A stretch of 18,300 bases of DNA from an uncultured archaeon (GCA_964590575.1 CAZPWM010000063.1:1-18300); one strand, 5' to 3'. Shown: positions 1 through 8,452, counted from the stretch's first letter. Notes: a model not told the origin generated them from the letters alone. Program-made: numbers and translations.

Positions 1-123
1 CTGCTCTGGGTTCTTCTCGATGATTATTCTGAGCTCAGTAATAGCTTCATCTACCATGCCTTCATTCAACAATCTTGCTGCATTTCTATAATCCAAGTCC
101 TTTGACCGTCTAAAGAAAGGCAT
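1..123 (-). CDS. N-terminal fragment of a probable TPR-repeat protein (runs off the left edge)
   Basis: Hand translation from ATG at 123-121 gives MPFFRRSKDLDYRNAARLLNEGMVDEAITELRIIIEKNPEQ, open to position 1. The A-x-x-L-x-x-x-G-x-x-D-E-A-I-x-x-L...NP pattern resembles a TPR helix pair. Not in the ORF track. Confidence 0.65.
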   Translation of the reverse strand, partial: MPFFRRSKDLDYRNAARLLNEGMVDEAITELRIIIEKNPEQ

Positions 124-243
124 ATGAATACACGAGCTAACGGAATCAGCAATAACTCTTAAGTCATGACCTACTTGCACTCTATTCTGGGAGCGTTCAC
201 TATTTTTTTGACTTGAATATAGACTAATCTAGAATGAGATGAA

Positions 244-259
244 AGGGCCTTTCGGCCCT
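244..259 (-). terminator. Putative hairpin terminator of the DPM2-like gene
   Basis: Minus strand reads AGGGCC-GAAA-GGCCCT (6-bp stem, GNRA tetraloop) followed by pyrimidine-rich TTCATCTCATTCT, about 25 nt past the tandem TAA stops at 281-286. Confidence 0.55.
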
Positions 260-283
260 GTCTACATTGTACAATTGTAATTA

Positions 284-601
284 TTACTCTTCAGCCTTCT
301 TTGCAACTTCTTCTTCATCGAAGTCGAAGTCCTCAAGTGGTTCTGGAGCTGGAGTGGTAAGCATTGTCCAACCAATCCACATTGCAATGACCATGATCAG
401 AACCACGCCCAAGTATATCGGTAGTTGAACTAGGAAATCTGGGCTTGGATTGAAGAGTGGTGCAAAAGCACCAAATGTGGCCACAACCCAGTCCGCAAGG
501 CCTGGGAACAACTGAAGGATAACTAGCCCCCAAGTGTAGTATATTAGCACCAGTAGGGCGAAGATGAAGATAAGGGCACCAATTGCCTTTTCTTTTCCGA
601 T
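284..601 (-). CDS. Small two-TM membrane protein, DPM2/PIG-P-like, with acidic C-terminal tail
   Basis: The frame extends upstream of the track's GTG(550): IGKEKAIGALIFIFALLVLIYYTWGLVIL...FNPSPDFLVQLPIYLGVVLIMVIAMWIGWTMLTTPAPEPLEDFDFDEEE. It has two hydrophobic helices, a YYT motif and a Shine-Dalgarno GAGGAG at 617-612. The start is probably non-canonical (ATC 601). Confidence 0.7.
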   Translation of the reverse strand: MGKEKAIGALIFIFALLVLIYYTWGLVILQLFPGLADWVVATFGAFAPLFNPSPDFLVQLPIYLGVVLIMVIAMWIGWTMLTTPAPEPLEDFDFDEEEVAKKAEE

Positions 602-656
602 CGTGATTACTCTCCTCTATTTGTTCAAGGAACTAATTCGTTAAGCGCGAGTATAC

Positions 657-664
657 TAATAAAA
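657..664 (-). promoter_or_regulatory. Possible TATA box for the DPM2-like gene
   Basis: Minus strand TTTTATTA about 55 nt upstream of the proposed start, in the divergent intergenic region. Confidence 0.3.
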
Positions 665-852
665 GGATTACGTAGGGAACGACGATGTATCATCTCAAGA
701 TAAAAGGTGCTTCTTGCAATTATTTGTACTATCCATAAGCCTCTTTCTCATTGACCATGAATTGGATTACTATCTTAAACCAAAACAAATCGACATTCTT
801 TTTGGGACGCTTAACCCCAGAAGTAGCATGCAGTTTACGTGGTTTGATAATA

Positions 853-1380
853 ATGACAGCTAGTGGGATATCAGCAGACCTTGAGTTTCGAAAGTGGATT
901 CTTCAACAACCAGAAGGTGAAACATTGCTGAGATGCTATCAGTGTGGAAGATGCACAAGTGCTTGTCCTATAGCTGCGATTGATGACTCTTTCAATCCCA
1001 GACTCTTTCTTGAAAAGATAATCTTAGCTGACGAATCATTGGCTGAGGAGCGACTAATTTGGACCTGCCTTACCTGTGAACAGTGTGAAGTCAGATGCCC
1101 CGAGCATGTGAAAATTCCAGAGATTCTAGTGCTTGCAAAAGTACGGGGCTTGGTTTCTGGAAATACGCCTCAGACTGCATTGGATCGAGCACGAGCCATT
1201 CTGTCAGAAGGCCGGACAATACTGGTCAGCGAACCTATGCTCAAGACTCGTGATAAGATGGGGTTGCCAGATTTAGGACGTCCTCCAGTTGAACAGCTTA
1301 GAACAATCCTAAAGGAGTTGGGGACTGTTCAACGGGTTGAATCAGCTGAATCTAGATATGGAGGTGATGGGGATGAGTAA
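853..1380 (+). CDS. hdrC: Heterodisulfide reductase subunit C (2x[4Fe-4S]), copy 1
   Basis: CYQCGRCTSACP and WTCLTCEQCEVRCP motifs plus an FNPR helix motif. ATG 853 (MTASG...) is preferred over TTG 751, whose extension is non-homologous intergenic-like sequence. Confidence 0.9.
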   Translation: MTASGISADLEFRKWILQQPEGETLLRCYQCGRCTSACPIAAIDDSFNPRLFLEKIILADESLAEERLIWTCLTCEQCEVRCPEHVKIPEILVLAKVRGLVSGNTPQTALDRARAILSEGRTILVSEPMLKTRDKMGLPDLGRPPVEQLRTILKELGTVQRVESAESRYGGDGDE

Positions 1381-2278
1381 GTCAATAGAATATACCTATT
1401 TTCCTGGCTGTACTATCCCCTTTAGACTTCCACATTTTGAACTCACTATGAAAGAGGTCCTGAAGAGGCTGAATGTAGAGCTAATAACGGACGAGGGGCA
1501 CACCTGCTGTCCTGAACCCACAACATTCCCTGGTATAGATATCGAAGCTTGGTTGACAGTAGGAGCTCGGAATATTGCAGTGAGTGAGTCTAGCAGTCGA
1601 GACACAATGGCTCTATGTAGCGGATGTTTTCACACGTTGTCTATCGTGAAGCACACTCTCCAATCAGATAAAGCCATCCGAGAACGAGTGAACAGGAGAC
1701 TGAAGAAGGTTGGATTGCAAGCGACTGGAGAAGTTTCTGTGAAGAACATACTTCATGTGCTTCATGAAGATGTAGGATTGAAACGCATTGCGAAAGAGAT
1801 AACTCAGCCTCTCAAAGGTCTCTCTATAGCCACTCATTATGGTTGCCACCTTGTCAGACCAGTTGAAGCAACACATATGGATGATGCAGAGAACCCAAGA
1901 TGGCTAGAGAATCTTATCAAGGTGGCTGGGGCAGAGCCTGTGGACTACGAAGATAAGATGGCTTGCTGTGGTGCTCCCATAGGACCTTCTGATGAGTCAA
2001 AGTCATTCAAGATAACAGCACAGAAGCTTCGGAAGATAAGAAACGCAGGTGCAGATGCCATTGTTTTAATCTGTCCCACTTGTTATACACAACTCGAAAC
2101 ACAACAGAGGAAAGCAGTCGAGTATCTAGACCCAGAATTCAGCTTGCCTGTTCTGTACTTAGGAGAGATGCTTGCTCTTGCAATGGGACTAACAGATCTT
2201 GTACTCAGTAATTCAAAAAGATATCATCGAGTGAAGATACAACCATTGTTGGAGAAGATGGGGGTTGACATAGAATGA
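1373..2278 (+). CDS. hdrB: Heterodisulfide reductase subunit B (two CCG domains), copy 1
   Basis: FPGC, TCCPEP, LCSGC, HYGCHLVRP, CCGAP and CPTC motifs. ATG 1373 follows GGAGGTGA and overlaps the hdrC stop. Confidence 0.92.
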   Translation: MSKSIEYTYFPGCTIPFRLPHFELTMKEVLKRLNVELITDEGHTCCPEPTTFPGIDIEAWLTVGARNIAVSESSSRDTMALCSGCFHTLSIVKHTLQSDKAIRERVNRRLKKVGLQATGEVSVKNILHVLHEDVGLKRIAKEITQPLKGLSIATHYGCHLVRPVEATHMDDAENPRWLENLIKVAGAEPVDYEDKMACCGAPIGPSDESKSFKITAQKLRKIRNAGADAIVLICPTCYTQLETQQRKAVEYLDPEFSLPVLYLGEMLALAMGLTDLVLSNSKRYHRVKIQPLLEKMGVDIE

Positions 2279-3540
2279 CAAAGACGGTTGTAGTGGTAGG
2301 CGCTGGACTTGCTGGGATACATGTTGCCCAACAGCTTGCAGACCTTGGGATGCGCGTACATCTTATAGAAAAGGAGGCGACTGTGGGAGGCCTCGCGACT
2401 CATCTTGGCAAGGTCTTTCCTACTGACGACTGTGCTCTCTGTCTTGATGCATGCAAGGAGCTACACGATGATAAACATCGTCGATGTCAATATAGAAGCC
2501 TACTTGGTACACAGAAGGGACTAACACTCCACTCTCTGACAGACGTCAGATCCATCAAGAAGAATGGAGGCAAGTTCTCTGTATCACTCCGCACTCAGCC
2601 TCGATTCATCTCACCTGACAGATGTGTCGTGTGCTTGGAATGCGTCAATGTATGTGATGTTGAGGTTCCAGATGAGCGGAATCTTGGAAGGAGCAAACGG
2701 AAAGCAATCTACAGACCTGTGCCGCAGGGCGTTCCTCTTATCCCGGTGATCGACATAGAGTCTTGCACTAAGTGTGGGAAATGCGTAGATGTCTGTGGAG
2801 TGGATGCCATTGATCTTGAGCAGAAACCCAAGAATCGTACTATAAATGCTGATGCAGTTATCATTGCGACTGGCGTGGAAGAGCTAGCTCCAAGTATGCT
2901 ACCGGGATATGCATATGGTGTGTGTGAGGATGTGCTTACTCAACGGGAGCTTGCACGTCTTCTTGATACGACAGGTCCTACAAATGGTTCAGTCCTCACA
3001 GCATCCATGAAACCCGTGGAATCTGTCACAATGATACTCTGTGCTGGGAGTAGGGATTTGAATGCAGTCGAATACTGCTCGCAGGCTTGCTGTACATACA
3101 GCCTCAAGCACGCAATCATGTTGAGAAACTTTGGTATAAACGTTACAATATGCTATATGGACCTACGAGTTCCTCTGCATAGTCAACACTATCTCACCCT
3201 TGCGAGAGATCTCGGTGTTAGGTTTGTGCGGGGAAAACCAGACCAAGTCACTGTTCAAGGTGACTCTCCTGTGACCATAGTAGAGGACACCGAGTCAAGG
3301 AAACGAATAGAGATTGAATCAGACCTCGTTGTTTTGGCTTCACCCCTTGTATCCCTCTCATCTGAAAAGAAGGAATTCACAGTTACGCTCGATGAGTATG
3401 GATTCTTCTCTCGTCAAGGTTCCAGAGAAAGAATCTATGCATGCGGCACATCTACCGGACCTACTGATATCCCTAATAGTGTGGCTGAGGCAAACTCTGT
3501 TGCATTACAGGTGTACTTGGACCTGCAGGGAGGTGCCTAG
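2275..3540 (+). CDS. hdrA: Short HdrA-family flavoprotein (QmoA-sized): FAD module, inserted 2x[4Fe-4S], CxGSR...CSxxCC cluster
   Basis: VVVGAGLAG, EK...VGG, KVFPTDDC, CVVCLECVNVC, CTKCGKCVDVC, ATG motif, CAGSR...YCSQACC. Lacks the N-terminal domain and C-terminal ferredoxin of canonical HdrA. ATGA overlap with hdrB. Confidence 0.85.
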   Translation: MTKTVVVVGAGLAGIHVAQQLADLGMRVHLIEKEATVGGLATHLGKVFPTDDCALCLDACKELHDDKHRRCQYRSLLGTQKGLTLHSLTDVRSIKKNGGKFSVSLRTQPRFISPDRCVVCLECVNVCDVEVPDERNLGRSKRKAIYRPVPQGVPLIPVIDIESCTKCGKCVDVCGVDAIDLEQKPKNRTINADAVIIATGVEELAPSMLPGYAYGVCEDVLTQRELARLLDTTGPTNGSVLTASMKPVESVTMILCAGSRDLNAVEYCSQACCTYSLKHAIMLRNFGINVTICYMDLRVPLHSQHYLTLARDLGVRFVRGKPDQVTVQGDSPVTIVEDTESRKRIEIESDLVVLASPLVSLSSEKKEFTVTLDEYGFFSRQGSRERIYACGTSTGPTDIPNSVAEANSVALQVYLDLQGGA

Positions 3541-5505
3541 ATGAAGAAGCTGTTTCTCTGTACTTGCAATAATACTCTCAATCGCATATTGGACTTTCCA
3601 AAGATTGAGAAAGAAATGGCAAAATCCTTCGACGCCATTGAAACCTTAGACAGTCTATGTTTAGAAGATGGACTTTCTACGCTTAGACAAAGAATTTCCG
3701 ATGATGACCAAGTAGCAATTGGAGCATGTAGTTCTCAAATCATTGAAATCCCTGTGAAACAGAGGATCTCGAATGACTTCATTTCCTTTGTTCCTCTCCG
3801 AGAGCATGTTGCTTGGGTTCATCCTGCAGATATCAAGTCCGCCACGAATAAAGCAATAGTTCTGTTGGCGGATGCCGCTGCGCAATTGAATCATATGGAG
3901 CCTCCGACCGAGTTCAAGGAGAATATGGTTGAAAGAGTTCTTGTTATTGGGGGTGGGATTGCTGGATTAAAAGCGGCATCAGACCTGAATAATCTGAAAG
4001 TCGGACTAACCCTTCTGGAACCTCCAGGTCAGAATGACGACAAATACTATGAACGTTCCTTGTTCATGAGTGACAATGAAACACTCGTCCAAGAAATCAA
4101 AGCTCTTTGTAAATCGCTCCTTGGGGTTGAACGAGTTCAGGGGTCTGTACAAGAGGTTGACGGACAAATGGGGTCGTATGAGGTTACCTGGATAGACCCT
4201 GAAGGTAACCTGACTACACAAGATTATGGAACAATCATTGTTGCCACAGGCAATCAACAATTTCTTCCTAGCATAGCAAAGAAGTGTCGTTATGGAAAAT
4301 CCAAGAGGGTTTTGACAGTTGAGAGCTTGGTCGCTGCGTCCGGGAAGCGGGATGTACATGAAAGCTCGACAATCTTAGTCGTGACTGATCCTGATATCGA
4401 AATGTCCTCTGTTGAGGGCAGTCATCTTTTGAGGTCGACTGCGTTCCTTGCTCGCCTAGGCAACACGGTCTTTGTATCATACTCGGACATCAGGACAGAG
4501 GATGAGAATCTATATCGAAACGCACGAAACGCTGGAGTCATCTTTGTACGTGGCAAAGTGACTCAAATCAAAGAAAAAGATCATGGTTTAATTTGTCGTA
4601 TTGAGAACACGCTTGAGTCGATAGTCAGGGAGGTCACTGTGGACACTATCGCAGTTTCCCAGATTGTTGGTCCAGTCAGCGACACAGCTCGTCTAGCACT
4701 CACTCTGGGTGTAGAATGTGATGAGAACGGCTTCATAAAGATTAGGTACAATAAGATGAAGCCAGTGCAGACCTCTCGTAGGGGTATATTCGTCGCTGGC
4801 GGTGCAAAGACACCAATGAGCCTCTCTCATGCCTTAATCTCAGCTCAGAATGCAGTCCTGGAAGCCTTCAAGATAGTTCGGTCCCCCCTGAAGCGATTTG
4901 GATGGATACCTGTAATTGATGACGAGAGCTGTGATGTGTGCAAGGCTTGCATCACAGCCTGTCCCAATGATGCGCTACGACTAATCGATGAAAAAGTAGT
5001 ACACATACCAGTACACTGTGAGTTTTGTGGTATTTGTGTGTCCTCTTGCCCAACTCGAGCTATAGAGTTTCAGTCGCATAACAAGGAGAGCTGGTTTGAT
5101 CGGCTCGAGACCATAGCAAAGACTCACAGACAGCTCGAAAGGAATAAACCATTCACACTCGTCTATGCTTGTAGTGAGTGTGCCAATGCGTCCATAGACC
5201 AAGCTGGGTTTGCTGGTAAGAGTTATCCAACAGGAACATATGTTATCCAGTTTCCATGTGCTGGAATGGTCTCACCGATTGAGATTCTAAAGGGTCTAGT
5301 TGTTGGAGCTGAGCGTGTTATTGTTGCACACTGTCCACCTGGCGGATGCCATCATCAGAAGGGCGACCATCTCTCAGAACTGGTAGTCCATCTTACAAAG
5401 GACATGCTCCGTGAGATTGGACAAGACCCAGACCGGGTCCGAGCTACGTATATGATAGCAGCAATGCCTGAGAAGATGCAGAAGGAGGTGGGACTGCATG
5501 GATAA
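3541..5505 (+). CDS. hdrA: Divergent HdrA-ferredoxin-MvhD fusion (QmoB-like architecture)
   Basis: N-terminal FLCTC..LC..GACS..LREHVAWVH domain, VLVIGGGIAG, KPVQTSRRGIFVAG, CDVCKACITACP and CEFCGICVSSCP ferredoxin motifs, C-terminal MvhD domain (CSEC..D.AG..YP..PCAG..CPPGGCHH). Shine-Dalgarno GGAGGTG; abuts the upstream TAG. Confidence 0.85.
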   Translation: MKKLFLCTCNNTLNRILDFPKIEKEMAKSFDAIETLDSLCLEDGLSTLRQRISDDDQVAIGACSSQIIEIPVKQRISNDFISFVPLREHVAWVHPADIKSATNKAIVLLADAAAQLNHMEPPTEFKENMVERVLVIGGGIAGLKAASDLNNLKVGLTLLEPPGQNDDKYYERSLFMSDNETLVQEIKALCKSLLGVERVQGSVQEVDGQMGSYEVTWIDPEGNLTTQDYGTIIVATGNQQFLPSIAKKCRYGKSKRVLTVESLVAASGKRDVHESSTILVVTDPDIEMSSVEGSHLLRSTAFLARLGNTVFVSYSDIRTEDENLYRNARNAGVIFVRGKVTQIKEKDHGLICRIENTLESIVREVTVDTIAVSQIVGPVSDTARLALTLGVECDENGFIKIRYNKMKPVQTSRRGIFVAGGAKTPMSLSHALISAQNAVLEAFKIVRSPLKRFGWIPVIDDESCDVCKACITACPNDALRLIDEKVVHIPVHCEFCGICVSSCPTRAIEFQSHNKESWFDRLETIAKTHRQLERNKPFTLVYACSECANASIDQAGFAGKSYPTGTYVIQFPCAGMVSPIEILKGLVVGAERVIVAHCPPGGCHHQKGDHLSELVVHLTKDMLREIGQDPDRVRATYMIAAMPEKMQKEVGLHG

Positions 5506-6412
5506 GCGAGAACGACTCATCCAAAAGATACAGAACATTGCAGTAAAGACACCTACTCAGATTTTGGAAGTTCCAGAGAAGGTGGAGGGATTTGGCAGTA
5601 TCAGTTATAGACCCCCTTCCTGTAGTGCTTGTATGAAGTGCATTGAAGCCTGCGAGGTTGAGGCGCTCGAGCTTGAACCGTTGGTAAGACTTCCAGAGTA
5701 TCTCAACGTGGTGATACCTGAAGAAGGATTCCGGTCAAAGAACCGTGAATCTTTGATCTCATTGTTACAATCACTGAAACAGAATGGTGAAACACAGACA
5801 ATCTCTGTTCCCACAGGGCTTCCTGGGTATGGCTCTATTTCTTGGTCAGCTCAGAAATGCATTGCTTGTAACAAGTGTGTTGAAGCCTGCAAAGAGGACT
5901 GCCTTTCACTGGAAAAAACATATGATCTAGTAAGTGTGATTGGCGAGGTAGAACCACCTCCAGTCATAGAAGTTCCTGATTGGGAGCCATTCATAATCTG
6001 TTTTGTATGTTGGGAGTGTTCTCATTCAGCCGCAGATCTGGCTGGCTTGATGCATCTGCACTATCCAACCAATATTCGAACAGTAAGAGTACCTTGTAGC
6101 GGAGCAGTAGAACCCATTCAGATAATGACCGCATTGGAGAACGGAGTGGACGGGGTACTAGTGACAGGATGTCTTCTCTCAGAATGTCACTATGGCGGTG
6201 ATGACCCGTTAGCTGGTAATTTTATGCAGGCTGATTTTGTCAGGTTTTGGCAGAGCATGCTTGAAGAGATTGGTCTTGGCGGTAGACTGTACATCGACTT
6301 TGCATCTGCTGCCATGGGTATCAAGTTCGCAGAAATCGTAACAGAGTTCGTTGAGAAAATCAAGAAGTTAGGACCCAGCCCTGTCAGAGGGAAATTGGAG
6401 GTGAAATCCTAG
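5498..6412 (+). CDS. mvhD: Ferredoxin (2x CxxCxxCxxxC)-MvhD [2Fe-2S] fusion protein
   Basis: CSACMKCIEAC and CIACNKCVEAC, then WEPFIICFVCWECSHSAADLAG..YPTNIRTVRVPCSG..GVDGVLVTGC..ECHY..KKLGPSP (MvhD/FlpD family). Shine-Dalgarno GGAGGTG; overlaps the previous stop. Confidence 0.88.
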   Translation: MDKRERLIQKIQNIAVKTPTQILEVPEKVEGFGSISYRPPSCSACMKCIEACEVEALELEPLVRLPEYLNVVIPEEGFRSKNRESLISLLQSLKQNGETQTISVPTGLPGYGSISWSAQKCIACNKCVEACKEDCLSLEKTYDLVSVIGEVEPPPVIEVPDWEPFIICFVCWECSHSAADLAGLMHLHYPTNIRTVRVPCSGAVEPIQIMTALENGVDGVLVTGCLLSECHYGGDDPLAGNFMQADFVRFWQSMLEEIGLGGRLYIDFASAAMGIKFAEIVTEFVEKIKKLGPSPVRGKLEVKS

Positions 6413-8452
6413 TTGACGAAGAAGAAGAAGAAGAAAGATGAGGATCGGATTGGGGTCTTCATCTGTAGCTGTGGAACAAACATAGGCGGTGTGATCAATG
6501 TCAGAAAACTTGCTCGGGAGTTTAAGGACTATCCTGGTGTTGTGTTCACTACATCAAACATGTTCACCTGTTCAAAGGATGGGCAGGACACAATAGCCAA
6601 GCAAATCAAGGAGCATAATCTCACAGGTGTTGTCATTGGAGCCTGCACACCCAAGCTCCATGAACAATTATTCAGGGAGATTCTTGAGGAGAATGGTCTC
6701 AATCCCTTCCGCCTTGCTCAAGCAAACCTTAGAGAACATGACACATGGATCCATGATGATAAACCCGAAGAAGCCTACAACATCGCCTATGATCTCGTCG
6801 TGGCAGCAATTGAACGTGCGAAAAAACTTGAGGATATTGGATTCGAGGAGTATCCTGTGGAAAAGAGTGTTCTCGTGATAGGCGCAGGGATTGCAGGGAT
6901 ACAGTCTGCTCTCGACCTCGCAGACAAAGACATCAAGGTCCATCTTGTTGAGAAGTACACATCCATTGGCGGCTACATGGCACGTCTAGAAAAGACATTC
7001 CCCACACTTGACTGTTCAATGTGCATCCTTTCACCAAAGTTGTCTGCGATAGAGCGTCACAAGAATATTGAGCTACTGAGCTACTCAGAAGTCATTGATG
7101 TTGAGCGAGACTATGGCAACTTCAAGGTACGCATTAGGAAGAAGCCCAGATATGTTAGCATAGAGAACTGCATTAACTGTGGAGCATGTGAGCGGAACTG
7201 CCCTGCGAAGGGTCCCGATGAGTGGAACCTTGGTCTCGGAGAGCGAAAGGCTGTGTACAAACCCTTCCCGCAAGCAGTTCCTGGTGTGTATTTCCTCGAT
7301 AGGGACTCATGTACTCACTGGACAGATGGATGCACGATCTGTGCTGAGAAGTGTCCACGTGATGCTATCTCATTTGATATTGAAGAGGAAGAGATCGAAC
7401 TCACTGTTGGGGCAATTCTAGCGGCAACAGGATTCGAAGAAATGGACATCAAAGAATTACCCGAATATGGCGGAGGGAAATTCAATCGTGTGTTGACTGG
7501 TGGTCAATATGGTCGTCTACTGAGCCTAGTTGGACCGACTGAGGGTAAGATACTCTTACCTCCAAAGTTTGAGGAAACTCCTAAACGTATCGCGTATATC
7601 AACTGTGCAGGTTCTCGAGATGAGAATTGTCGTCCTTGGTGTTGCAACTTCGGATGCATGTATACACTTAGACACGCTGAGATGACTCATAGATTGTACC
7701 GAGATGAGATCGAACAATGGATCATCTATCATGAGCTTAGGGCTGGTGGCAAAGAATACGAGCAGTTCTACAGACGGGTGAGAGAGAGTGGAGTGAAATT
7801 CGTACGAGGCCTCCCAAGTGATATGGTTGAGGAAAGGGATGGTAGCATCAGTTTCTCAGTCTTTGATCAGGGAACAGGCAGCTTACTCCGTTTGAATTTT
7901 GACATGGTGGTCTTGACCATGGCCATTGATCCCTCACCAGGAACGGCCCATCTTGCACATATGCTAGGAGTGGATCGGAGTGAGGGTGGCTTCATGAAGG
8001 AACTTCATCCCAAACTAGAACCAGTGAACACAAAGTCTAAGGGAGTTTTTATTGCTGGCACTTGTCAGAGTCCGAAGGATATTCCAGCCAGCGTTGCTGA
8101 TGGTAAAGCTGCGGCAAGCGCTGCAGCTTCGCATGTGCTAAAGGGGACTGTTCGCGTACAGATGGACAAAGCTGTTGTACATGATACCCTCTGCATTGGT
8201 TGTGGCCTCTGTGAGAAAATCTGCCCATTTGGTGCGATATCTATGACTGTCAGTGATGATGGCCGCGAACTGGCTGAAGTCAGTTCGATTCTATGTACTG
8301 GGTGTGGGAAGTGCCAGGTTGTTTGCCCAACAGGAGCAATCTCACGTAAGCACTTCACAACTGAACAAATAGAAGCCGAGATTCTTGGTCTTATTTCAGC
8401 ACATAAGAAACGTGAACAGGTTGAGAAGACCTCTGGAGGTGCAACATCATGA
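6413..8452 (+). CDS. hdrA: Canonical heterodisulfide reductase subunit A
   Basis: RIGVFICSCGTNIGG, GACTPKLHE, IGAGIAG, KTFPTLDCSMCILSPK, inserted ferredoxin, CAGSR..WCCNFGC, GKEYEQFY, ELHPKLEPV, CIGCGLCEKICP and CTGCGKCQVVCP. TTG start after GGAGGTGA. Confidence 0.95.
   Translation: MTKKKKKKDEDRIGVFICSCGTNIGGVINVRKLAREFKDYPGVVFTTSNMFTCSKDGQDTIAKQIKEHNLTGVVIGACTPKLHEQLFREILEENGLNPFRLAQANLREHDTWIHDDKPEEAYNIAYDLVVAAIERAKKLEDIGFEEYPVEKSVLVIGAGIAGIQSALDLADKDIKVHLVEKYTSIGGYMARLEKTFPTLDCSMCILSPKLSAIERHKNIELLSYSEVIDVERDYGNFKVRIRKKPRYVSIENCINCGACERNCPAKGPDEWNLGLGERKAVYKPFPQAVPGVYFLDRDSCTHWTDGCTICAEKCPRDAISFDIEEEEIELTVGAILAATGFEEMDIKELPEYGGGKFNRVLTGGQYGRLLSLVGPTEGKILLPPKFEETPKRIAYINCAGSRDENCRPWCCNFGCMYTLRHAEMTHRLYRDEIEQWIIYHELRAGGKEYEQFYRRVRESGVKFVRGLPSDMVEERDGSISFSVFDQGTGSLLRLNFDMVVLTMAIDPSPGTAHLAHMLGVDRSEGGFMKELHPKLEPVNTKSKGVFIAGTCQSPKDIPASVADGKAAASAAASHVLKGTVRVQMDKAVVHDTLCIGCGLCEKICPFGAISMTVSDDGRELAEVSSILCTGCGKCQVVCPTGAISRKHFTTEQIEAEILGLISAHKKREQVEKTSGGATS

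Noticed and set aside
751-852. N-terminal extension of hdrC1 in the ORF track (likewise starts at 1337, 8951, 9942, 10717)
   Set aside because: These longest-ORF starts add non-homologous sequence. Downstream starts (853, 1373, 8993, 9963, 10753) fit the family N-termini, Shine-Dalgarno positions and translational coupling.
2275-5505. Calling these genes qmoAB and inferring sulfate reduction
   Set aside because: Only the architecture matches. There is no aprAB, sat or qmoC in the window, and the motifs (FPTxDC, inserted ferredoxin) are closer to HdrA.
6419-6436. (AAG)5 AAA run at the start of hdrA as a phase-variation tract
   Set aside because: Trinucleotide and in-frame (Lys6); slippage would not shift the frame. 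Probably just a basic disordered N-terminus.
3541-8452. Selenocysteine recoding in HdrA/MvhD (known selenoprotein families in some methanogens and Asgard archaea) and a SECIS in the 9860-9960 gap
   Set aside because: All frames are open without in-frame TGA, the relevant positions are Cys codons (e.g. LDCSMC = gac tgt tca atg tgc), and I see no convincing SECIS-like stem.
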